Below are positions 57,102 to 64,000 of a stretch of DNA of 64,000 nt, piece by piece. Every line of letters begins with the position of its first letter. The first letter of the stretch is position 1. The notes under the pieces were generated by a model. That model saw nothing but the letters and a program-made list of their open reading frames with translations, had not been told where the DNA came from and ran no database searches. Made by a program: the position numbers and the translations under genes. The stretch lies in the IMG/VR virus record IMGVR_UViG_3300017963_000189, one strand, 5' to 3'. This DNA comes from a virus (lineage: Duplodnaviria; Caudoviricetes).

Positions 57102-57377
57102 TTACTTCATTCCCATTGATTTTCGTTTTCTCATTGAAATTCTTCGTTTTCTATTTATTTGTGATTTTTTCGCCTTTCGTTTCTTGGCGGCTTTCCTCTG
57201 CGCGATCTTTCGCCTCATTTTCTCGCCCGCTGACATTTTTTTGTACTTACCACCTACTACCTTGAAGCCCTTTTTGGGTTTCTTCCGACGTATCTTCTTA
57301 CCCTTGCGGATTACATACTTGTACGCCTCACCTAAAATTTCCTCGTCTATGTCCTCTAATATATCAAATAGTTTCAT
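57102..57377 (-). CDS. gp68: Prohead core protein gp68-like (acidic leader + K/R-rich body)
   Basis: MKLFDILEDIDEEILGE then IRKGKKIRRK...GFKVVGG...MSAGEKMRRK...RKRRISMRKRKSMG. Confidence 0.65.
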   Translation of the reverse strand: MKLFDILEDIDEEILGEAYKYVIRKGKKIRRKKPKKGFKVVGGKYKKMSAGEKMRRKIAQRKAAKKRKAKKSQINRKRRISMRKRKSMGMK

Positions 57378-57378
57378 A

Positions 57379-59010
57379 TTAATAAAATTGTTTTAAACTA
57401 ATTACTTCTTTTCCAATGTCCATTTCATTAGGATCACGAGTTATTATTCCTGGCTTGTAAACACCTAAATCTAACTCAGATTTTCCTATCCTATCTAACG
57501 CCATCTTAGTCAACTCAATCCCTTCACTTCTTAGCCGTAACGCTGTGTCCCTGACCCATAATAAAATACCTAACGACATTACTAAATCGTCATTTCGTCC
57601 ACTTTGAGCCTCAGCTTTACCGTGATTCCAAATGAATACCTTTAATTCATTTATCAATCGTTGAGAATAAATTTTGAAGGCATTATCTTCATTATTATTA
57701 TCCTCAAAATATCTTTCTATTTTAGCAATTAATAGGGCTCTATTTCTATGTGTTGTGGCGAAACCTGGTTTCATCTTTTTCATGTCACGATTTATTTTGT
57801 TGTTTATGTTTCGCATCGAATCAACATATTGTAAATCGTTACTTGAGTAAAATAAGTTTTGATAATTTATATCAATAAGTTCTTGAATAGTATCCCAACC
57901 GACATTCTCACGTTCAACAACGATCAAAGCGTTGTTGTATTCCACTCCAACGGCAGCAAGGAGTCTACCATATTCACGAGTGTTAGCTTGACCTTTATAC
58001 TCAGCAACCTGAGTTAAACTTTCCGCATCAAATACATGGAACGCGGAATAATCACTCCCGTCGCCTCGAGCAACGTCAGCAGCTATAATGTAAGAACGAG
58101 AATAATCGGGATATTCCCAAATCCATAACCCTTTATCAATAGAACGTTTTTCATTAGGCTCTCTTACAAAAGAATCTTCATAAAATTTCAATGTCATAAG
58201 ATCAACAACATTATTACCTGAAGCAAGAAAGTCAGCATCACATTCCTGAGAGGCAAGTCTTACACCTAAATCAACATCTTGTTTGTCTCTCCATTTTTGA
58301 TCTCTTTCCGGATGAACAGTCCATTTCAATGAAATAGTTTCGAAATTATTTTTCTTTTCTGTAGCGTCACTCCACATATCATAAAACCAATTACCCATAC
58401 CGTTAGGAGTTGATAATACAATACAATCTCCACCAGTATCAAGAGTTGATTTAGCAGCACCCCAGATTTCAACGATGTCACGAACGAACGCAGCTTCATC
58501 AATAATAAGAAGTGACAATGCTTCAGAACGACCAGCAGTTGGCGAACTTGAGACAGCTTTTATTTGTGATCCATTTTTAAAGGCAAGAGACATTTTGTTA
58601 TCTTCCAATGTTTGAGTTTTTAACCAACTTGGAAGTCCATCATACATAACTCTTACTTTTGTTATTAAGTTTTTCGCCACTTCCTTTTTCGTGGCGATTA
58701 CCAATATGTTTTGATCCTCGTTGAATAACATTAACCATAACGCGTAGGCAGCAGTCAACGTCGATAATCCTAACTGACGTGACTTTAAAATAATAGTATA
58801 AGCAGCTTCCTCAGTCCCACGATTACGAGCAAATACATTCGTACAATCCTCTTGAAATGGATATAAAATGAACGGTACTTTCCCACGTTTCGGATGTTGA
58901 ATAATACAATACTTCTTAAAGAAATAATTAGCTTCCCGAGCACAATGTTTATACTCACCAGCTATTATTTGTTTTAATGTCTTTTTCTTTACAGGTAATT
59001 GTTGTACCAT
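57379..59010 (-). CDS. terL: Terminase large subunit (T4 gp17-like)
   Basis: Walker A region LKSRQLGLST, Walker B LIIDEAAF, nuclease motifs ADVARGDGSDYSA and NDDLVMS. Confidence 0.97.
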   Translation of the reverse strand: MVQQLPVKKKTLKQIIAGEYKHCAREANYFFKKYCIIQHPKRGKVPFILYPFQEDCTNVFARNRGTEEAAYTIILKSRQLGLSTLTAAYALWLMLFNEDQNILVIATKKEVAKNLITKVRVMYDGLPSWLKTQTLEDNKMSLAFKNGSQIKAVSSSPTAGRSEALSLLIIDEAAFVRDIVEIWGAAKSTLDTGGDCIVLSTPNGMGNWFYDMWSDATEKKNNFETISLKWTVHPERDQKWRDKQDVDLGVRLASQECDADFLASGNNVVDLMTLKFYEDSFVREPNEKRSIDKGLWIWEYPDYSRSYIIAADVARGDGSDYSAFHVFDAESLTQVAEYKGQANTREYGRLLAAVGVEYNNALIVVERENVGWDTIQELIDINYQNLFYSSNDLQYVDSMRNINNKINRDMKKMKPGFATTHRNRALLIAKIERYFEDNNNEDNAFKIYSQRLINELKVFIWNHGKAEAQSGRNDDLVMSLGILLWVRDTALRLRSEGIELTKMALDRIGKSELDLGVYKPGIITRDPNEMDIGKEVISLKQFY

Positions 59011-59019
59011 TTCATTCTC

Positions 59020-59406
59020 TTATTTCAATAATAATACGGCTGCTACTACTAAAATTAGTCCACCACCACGAGTTACCCACAACTCAAGATTTTGTTTTTG
59101 TATCTTCCTATTCAATAGGGCAATTTGTTCTTTTCTCATTTCAAGTTGTTCGTCTTTCTTCGTCACAATCGAGTCACACAACATATTCGCTTGTGTTAAA
59201 TCGCTCACTTCCATTTGAAATAAACTCATTCGTTGTTCATACATCGTATTCAATGTATCACAATCATCAAGGGCTTGTTCAAGTTCCTTTGTTGTTTCTT
59301 GAATGTAATTCCAATCTTCTTTCGCCACTTTTAATGAATCATCTTGAGCAAATACGATTGAAGATGTCATTAAAATAGTCAAAATAAATATAATCGATAA
59401 CCTCAT
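59020..59406 (-). CDS. Signal peptide + coiled coil + C-terminal TM protein (spanin-like)
   Basis: MRLSIIFILTILMTSSIVFA/QDD, heptad coil with two Cys, C-terminal hydrophobic helix. Confidence 0.55.
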   Translation of the reverse strand: MRLSIIFILTILMTSSIVFAQDDSLKVAKEDWNYIQETTKELEQALDDCDTLNTMYEQRMSLFQMEVSDLTQANMLCDSIVTKKDEQLEMRKEQIALLNRKIQKQNLELWVTRGGGLILVVAAVLLLK

Positions 59407-59408
59407 GA

Positions 59409-59735
59409 TTAACTCCCATTCTTTTTATTATACTTATCGAAGATGTTTTTCATCTTCTCTCTCTTGTCACTCAAATCAACCTTTTGAGATTTCTTCTTTT
59501 TAATTTCCTTATCTAACTTCTTTCCCTCTTTTGAAGTGGCGTCGGCAGAATCTAAATGTTTCTTCCGCTTGTCCTCTAAATCCTTGATCTCTTTTTCCTT
59601 TTCGCCAATCTTGTCCTCTAACGCTGCAACCTTCTCGTCGGTTTTGTCCTTCGATGTTAAAACATACAAAGCAACAGCTCCAACTATCGCCAGAGCGCCA
59701 AGAATCCACTTCCACGCGGTTTTTAACCAACTCAT
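59409..59735 (-). CDS. N-terminal TM + coiled-coil protein (i-spanin/Rz-like)
   Basis: WKWILGALAIVGAVALYVLT followed by a K/E-rich coil. Confidence 0.55.
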   Translation of the reverse strand: MSWLKTAWKWILGALAIVGAVALYVLTSKDKTDEKVAALEDKIGEKEKEIKDLEDKRKKHLDSADATSKEGKKLDKEIKKKKSQKVDLSDKREKMKNIFDKYNKKNGS

Positions 59736-59753
59736 AACTTTTCCCCTTTCTTT

Positions 59754-60431
59754 TTATAAGGATTTTTTAGTTGAACCAGTTTGTGCTATTCGTTTCTTGG
59801 CAACTTTACGAGAAATTGTACCAGGAACTTCATTAAACATAACAAATTTAAGCTCTTCGCGAACCAACTTACGTACATAATTCTCAACTTTTTCTTGAGC
59901 AAGAATTTGATCACGTTTTTTAGCTTTCAAGCGTTGTGTTGGATTGTGTTCAGGTTCACCAGCAGCTTGAGAAACAGGTTCTAATGTTTCCTCAACAGCT
60001 TCTTCACCACTACCACCTTCACCTTTTGCTTTCCATTCGGCATCAACATCAGCAAAAAAGGTTTTCTTTTCTTCGTCACTCATTTGACCTAAATTACGGC
60101 CACCAAGTTTTTCTTTGAAAAACTTTTGGTATTCGGTTTCTTCTTGTAAAACTTCTTTGATAAGTTCTACAAGTTGTGTTCTTGTCATCTTCATTGTGTT
60201 TTCTCCTTGTTTATTTTCAGCTAATCCCACTATATTTACGTGCGGGATTGTTATATTATTTATTAAATATTGAGGCTTCCCTGTAAAATCTTTAGTCCTC
60301 TTTGCGATACGGCCAACTTTCTCTTTACTCTTTTCGGCTTTCGATCCAGCTACCATCGGGCTTGCCCCGTAATCAATGTAGTATTTTACCTTGTCGCCTT
60401 TTTTGTACATCTTTTTAGTTTTTTCTGCCAT
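59754..60431 (-). CDS. Putative polyprotein with internal restart
   Basis: 225 aa; KOW-like N-terminal module; internal SD plus ATG at 60194 giving MKMTRTQLVELIKEVLQE; YQKFFK...EKKTFF..VDAEW module. Confidence 0.7.
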   Translation of the reverse strand: MAEKTKKMYKKGDKVKYYIDYGASPMVAGSKAEKSKEKVGRIAKRTKDFTGKPQYLINNITIPHVNIVGLAENKQGENTMKMTRTQLVELIKEVLQEETEYQKFFKEKLGGRNLGQMSDEEKKTFFADVDAEWKAKGEGGSGEEAVEETLEPVSQAAGEPEHNPTQRLKAKKRDQILAQEKVENYVRKLVREELKFVMFNEVPGTISRKVAKKRIAQTGSTKKSL

Positions 60432-60441
60432 TGTATTACTC

Positions 60442-60969
60442 CTATCTTACCAATTCATGATCTTTACAATATTTTATTAATTTTTGTATATCTTCATCAG
60501 GAAAATCTTTACCATATACATTTCCTGCTCTACCTTTTCTTAAAAAATTCTCAAACCCTTTGTCCACTCGACCTTGAGCAGCTTGAACAGCAAGAGCAAC
60601 ATAATTCCTCTCCGCATCGTCTAAAAGATTTCCATTACTCAATACAAAATTTCTCAACTCAGGATACGCATCTTCATAAAACTTTCCTTGTGTCTTGAAA
60701 CTAATGTTTGGTTTTTTCTCAGGTTCCTTTTGACCTGGCTCACCTTTTTCCTTTTCCTTCTCTTGTTCGGCTTCCTCGCGATCTTCCTCTTTTTCTTCCT
60801 CATGATCAAATCGTTGTTTACTCAAATCTAACTTTTGTTGTTGTATGTCAGCTTTCTGTTTCGCAATGTCCTCTTTGTCCTTATCGATTTTTTCTTTTTC
60901 ATCTTCAGGTTGTTCCATAATCCTATTTATTTCTTCTATAATGATTTCCCTTATTCTTTGTATATCCAT
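60442..60969 (-). CDS. Class B leader (MDIQRIREIIIEEINRIME) protein
   Basis: 175 aa; charged coil plus globular C-terminus. Confidence 0.7.
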   Translation of the reverse strand: MDIQRIREIIIEEINRIMEQPEDEKEKIDKDKEDIAKQKADIQQQKLDLSKQRFDHEEEKEEDREEAEQEKEKEKGEPGQKEPEKKPNISFKTQGKFYEDAYPELRNFVLSNGNLLDDAERNYVALAVQAAQGRVDKGFENFLRKGRAGNVYGKDFPDEDIQKLIKYCKDHELVR

Positions 60970-60973
60970 TTTA

Positions 60974-61243
60974 TTATTCCCCTATTTGAGATTTTATTAA
61001 CATCGCAATTACAACTCCCAAAAGTCCAGCAAGTAAACCCCACACACCGGATTTAACTTGTAGTTTAGTTATCTCTCTTTCTAACTCATTTAATTTCGGT
61101 ACTATATCATCCTCTATCTTTTCCCTTATCTTGTCAACTTCTTTACGGAGTCGCCGTAAAGTTTCTATAACATATATCTTGTATCTGCCCCAACTCTTAT
61201 CATCATTCTCGACATTTCCAAGATCGCCAAATTTTTCATCCAT
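60974..61243 (-). CDS. Coiled coil + C-terminal TM protein (XhlA/holin-accessory-like)
   Basis: 89 aa; heptads then GVWGLLAGLLGVVIAMLI. Confidence 0.55.
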   Translation of the reverse strand: MDEKFGDLGNVENDDKSWGRYKIYVIETLRRLRKEVDKIREKIEDDIVPKLNELEREITKLQVKSGVWGLLAGLLGVVIAMLIKSQIGE

Positions 61244-61253
61244 GTTTCACCTT

Positions 61254-61526
61254 TTATTTTGCACTTTTGTTGAAAATACTATCTGCAGCAAATCCTACTC
61301 CAAATGAAGCAACCCATCCTAAACCACCACTGGCAACTAACGCTCCAAACGCTACTATAGCAGCTATCACCGTTACTACAGATTCTTTTAAATGAGTTTT
61401 AAAATATGTTTTAATATCGGCTAAAGTTTCACCTTTGATTTTTCTTTTCGCAAAGTGTGAAATAACACCTAATAACATAATAAAAAAGTTTAATAATACA
61501 TACCAAAATGTATATTCACCAAACAT
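61254..61526 (-). CDS. Holin-like three-TM membrane protein
   Basis: 90 aa; three hydrophobic segments with short charged loops and basic C-terminus. Confidence 0.55.
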   Translation of the reverse strand: MFGEYTFWYVLLNFFIMLLGVISHFAKRKIKGETLADIKTYFKTHLKESVVTVIAAIVAFGALVASGGLGWVASFGVGFAADSIFNKSAK

Positions 61527-62110
61527 TAATCCTCTCCCTCTTTAAGTTTATCTAACTCTTTATTCACTTCCTCAAGTTCTTTTTCCCAAAATTTGATCAA
61601 ATCATTTATATCAACATCCATCTTTTTCACTTCACCTTCAGATGTTACATATTCCAAACATCCCTTTTCTTTCATTTGTTTTATGTAACTCTCAATCTCA
61701 AGTTTAGAATCTTCATAAAATCCATTTTTCTTGTTATTCATATACTTTTCTTGATAACCAATAAAAGTACCCTCTTTCTCCATCTGGGCGTCCCGATCAA
61801 GTAAACATTGTAAACAAAACCCAAACTTATAATATACTTCAGTATCCTTTGACCTTTTACCCATTATTCCACTACATTTTGGGCAAAACAATGGTACTCT
61901 TACATCAGAAAACTTTGGAATACTTCTTACGATTCCATCTTTCATTTCCCACTCTTTACCATATTCATCTGTCCATGTGTCGCCTTCTTCGTGGCGCTCT
62001 TCTACCTTATCATAACCTATTTGAATCTTCTTGTCCGCTACACCGTGTAACGTCTCTTGAATCTTCTTTGGTTTTATGTAACCCATAGGCCTTAAACTTG
62101 ACTTCGCCAT
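61526..62110 (-). CDS. Zn-finger hypothetical protein
   Basis: 194 aa; CPKC...CLQC; SD AGGAGG. Confidence 0.75.
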   Translation of the reverse strand: MAKSSLRPMGYIKPKKIQETLHGVADKKIQIGYDKVEERHEEGDTWTDEYGKEWEMKDGIVRSIPKFSDVRVPLFCPKCSGIMGKRSKDTEVYYKFGFCLQCLLDRDAQMEKEGTFIGYQEKYMNNKKNGFYEDSKLEIESYIKQMKEKGCLEYVTSEGEVKKMDVDINDLIKFWEKELEEVNKELDKLKEGED

Positions 62111-62118
62111 ACTGCCTC

Positions 62119-62628
62119 CTATAATTTATTTTTTATCAAATTTTTTAATTTTATTCTCGTCTCTACCAAACCAAATTCTTTGGCTAATTTTATAGCTTCC
62201 GGTTCATCAGCCAAACCACTTTTTACAAGTTTTGTATAATACTCAGGATCTTCCACTAAATGATCAATGGCAATCTCTTTAGCAGCTTCAGGATCAGGAG
62301 TATGTTCCATTTCTACCGCAATACCAACTTTTAGTTGTTTTGGACAAACCTTTTCTTCAGGTGTCCCGCTTCCTTTACCACCAGGTATTATATCTTCTCT
62401 CGTCAAATGTTTTGGGAATGGAAACATCGGCTTACCACCAGCAGCTTTATTTTTTGGAGCATATTTATTCCATAATTTCTCAGCAACTTTCTTGTCCACT
62501 TGTCCTAATAAGCTGTGTATCTTCTTTTGAACTTCATTCCCTTTTCGCCATTGATGTCCACTCGCCGTATGATCATAATACCAATTATGACCCTTCATTA
62601 ACGATTCTAATTCTTGAGCAACTCCCAT
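62119..62628 (-). CDS. Two-module protein with DUF5661-like domain
   Basis: IPGG...QLKVGIAVEMEHT.D...AKEIAIDHLVEDPEYY..L after LTRE; N-terminal GHNWYY module. Confidence 0.65.
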   Translation of the reverse strand: MGVAQELESLMKGHNWYYDHTASGHQWRKGNEVQKKIHSLLGQVDKKVAEKLWNKYAPKNKAAGGKPMFPFPKHLTREDIIPGGKGSGTPEEKVCPKQLKVGIAVEMEHTPDPEAAKEIAIDHLVEDPEYYTKLVKSGLADEPEAIKLAKEFGLVETRIKLKNLIKNKL

Positions 62629-62639
62629 ATCATTACTCC

Positions 62640-63113
62640 TTATATTTTACCTTCATACCCAATAGCTTTATCACCAACAACTAATTCGGCATCATCGGCA
62701 TATTTTTTATTGACAATCACTAATGTTTTTCCACCATGTTTAATTCTAAAATGAGCAACAGGTGACATAACAAAATCAATGTCCTTTTTCTTGAAAATAG
62801 CTTCTAATGGTTTTCTCATACTCATTAAAGCATTATCTTTAGCTATTTCACCAACCTTAGCAATTATCGGGTCTGTCGCCTCATTTATATTTTTATCCTC
62901 TAAAACCTCAACAATCATTTCACGAATCTCTTGACGTATCACACCCTCTTTGATTTTTTTCTTCGCCGCTGGCCACTCTTTCTTGATACGATTGAAAAAT
63001 TCACTTCTCTTGTCGCCTAATTGAACAGGTGATTTCACTTCGTATTCGTCCATAAGAGCTTTGAAAAACTCCCGGTACGCTTGTTGTAATTTACTTAACT
63101 TTACTTTCGCCAT
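62640..63113 (-). CDS. Two-module putative cargo protein with internal class B leader
   Basis: 157 aa; YREFFK...KRSEFF..IKKEW module, then IRQEIREMIVEVLEDKNINE. Confidence 0.7.
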   Translation of the reverse strand: MAKVKLSKLQQAYREFFKALMDEYEVKSPVQLGDKRSEFFNRIKKEWPAAKKKIKEGVIRQEIREMIVEVLEDKNINEATDPIIAKVGEIAKDNALMSMRKPLEAIFKKKDIDFVMSPVAHFRIKHGGKTLVIVNKKYADDAELVVGDKAIGYEGKI

Positions 63114-64000
63114 TGTTTATCTCCTTATAGCTCTTTTTATTTTTCATTTCTTCTTTATGATACCCCTTTTTGAGTCTCAAATGTTCCTTGTCAAAAATAC
63201 CCTCTTTTACACCTTTTTTCAAATAATAACCTATTGACGAAATAGCATCACTTAAAAAATCTTCGTCAAATCTCAGATAATACCTGGCTCTCTTTTTACC
63301 CAAATCTTTTTCACTTTGAATGGCGATTTGTTTTATCATATCATCTTGTTTCATACCTTTTTTGACTTTTTTATCTTTAATCAACTTTTTCGCCAATTCT
63401 TCGTGATAATATTCCTCTTTCAATATATGTTGGTATTCCTCTACAATAATCTCATAAAGTCTTTCTCTTGTGATTCCCATTTTCACATTCTCCTTTTTGA
63501 GCCGTGATTTTTCTCGGCGACCCTTATTAGTTGATTCATCCTCAAATCCACTTATCTTGCCACCTTTATGTGACGCATCCTTTCCATCACCATTTCCATA
63601 TGTACCTTTATCCCTATTGTACTTATTCAACTCTGCTCGATATTTCTTCATCTTATCTGATGATTGAAATTTCTTGTATTCATCCTTGTAATCTCGTTCT
63701 TTTTCTTCTTTCATCAACCCACGATTTACAAACCATTGTTTGTAAAATTGTGGAACATTGTTGAATTCCCTTATGGGAAATTCTTTGAGTACCGTCCAAT
63801 AGGCTTCCATTTGTAAAGATTGTCGTTCATTGTTTTGTGATGAAATAGGTACAATCTCATATTTGTCGCCAATCTTCTCGGCGCTCATCCACGAGGCAAA
63901 TGAGTTGTTTGTCTTGATCGCAATACGGTCACCATACGATTGTGTACCATATTTCTCAACCATCGCCTCATATAAAGCCTTGTCCGCATATAATTTAAAA
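63091..64000 (-). CDS. Putative polyprotein incl. HNH-like module (5' partial)
   Basis: Frame is open to the window edge (FKLYADKALYEA before the track's Met); modules bounded by LMKE, LKKE, ILKE, GVKE; internal SD plus ATG at 63480. Confidence 0.65.
   Translation of the reverse strand, partial: FKLYADKALYEAMVEKYGTQSYGDRIAIKTNNSFASWMSAEKIGDKYEIVPISSQNNERQSLQMEAYWTVLKEFPIREFNNVPQFYKQWFVNRGLMKEEKERDYKDEYKKFQSSDKMKKYRAELNKYNRDKGTYGNGDGKDASHKGGKISGFEDESTNKGRREKSRLKKENVKMGITRERLYEIIVEEYQHILKEEYYHEELAKKLIKDKKVKKGMKQDDMIKQIAIQSEKDLGKKRARYYLRFDEDFLSDAISSIGYYLKKGVKEGIFDKEHLRLKKGYHKEEMKNKKSYKEINNGESKVK

Noticed and set aside
40461-59010. Introns or inteins in terminase, portal, capsid or protease
   Set aside because: Lengths are typical and the motifs are contiguous; no intein or intron signatures seen.
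59509-59730. Embedded Rz1-like o-spanin inside the 108-aa gene
   Set aside because: The alternate-frame ORF has no hydrophobic signal peptide or lipobox despite its Cys residues.
8-63764. Numerous + strand and alternate-frame ORFs of 60-160 aa in the track
   Set aside because: They are antisense or out-of-frame shadows of long minus-strand genes, with no SD and unnatural composition. Only 38100-38414 is supported on the + strand.
410-63963. Stop-codon reassignment (as in some large phages)
   Set aside because: Core genes are intact under the standard code. TAA dominates, TGA ends several genes (13898, 34077, 45287, 56042) and TAG ends 62119-62628, so there is no sign of recoding.
1-64000. 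tRNA, rRNA, tmRNA or CRISPR features
   Set aside because: Intergenic gaps are short and accounted for by promoters and terminators. No cloverleaf or repeat-spacer pattern was recognised by eye; a tRNAscan/Infernal run would be decisive.

Overview
About 64 kb of the morphogenesis region of a large, AT-rich, T4-like (contractile-tail) dsDNA phage. Nearly all genes are on the minus strand; the one exception is a T5orf172/GIY-YIG-like gene. Order in the direction of transcription (high to low coordinates): small cargo-like and membrane proteins; large terminase; gp68-like core protein; portal; prohead protease; a phage ribosomal protein bS21; scaffold; major capsid; a sigma70-driven early cassette (DMP19-like protein with a Zn finger); neck proteins; two tandem gp15-like paralogs; about 30 kb of modular tail fibre/adhesin genes (including a 3172-aa giant fibre, LamG, NHL and BNR propellers); and the tail sheath. 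I saw no tRNA, rRNA, CRISPR array or reverse transcriptase. The most striking signal is among roughly 20 small ORFs around the head genes. They share three families of N-terminal or internal leader peptides ending in [ILVM]-x-E, the T4 gp21-type cleavage motif. Several read as polyproteins of unrelated small domains (KOW/SH3-like, ART-like, DUF4258-like RNase, HNH-like, DUF5661, basic peptides) separated by such sites. Four keep an in-frame internal Shine-Dalgarno plus ATG at a module junction. I infer a large capsid-targeted, protease-processed cargo (ejected effector) system. A candidate bipartite late promoter (ACGTTTCG-N12-TATTTATA) and a 37/40-nt repeated early promoter are also visible. 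All family assignments come from motif recognition by eye, not from database searches.
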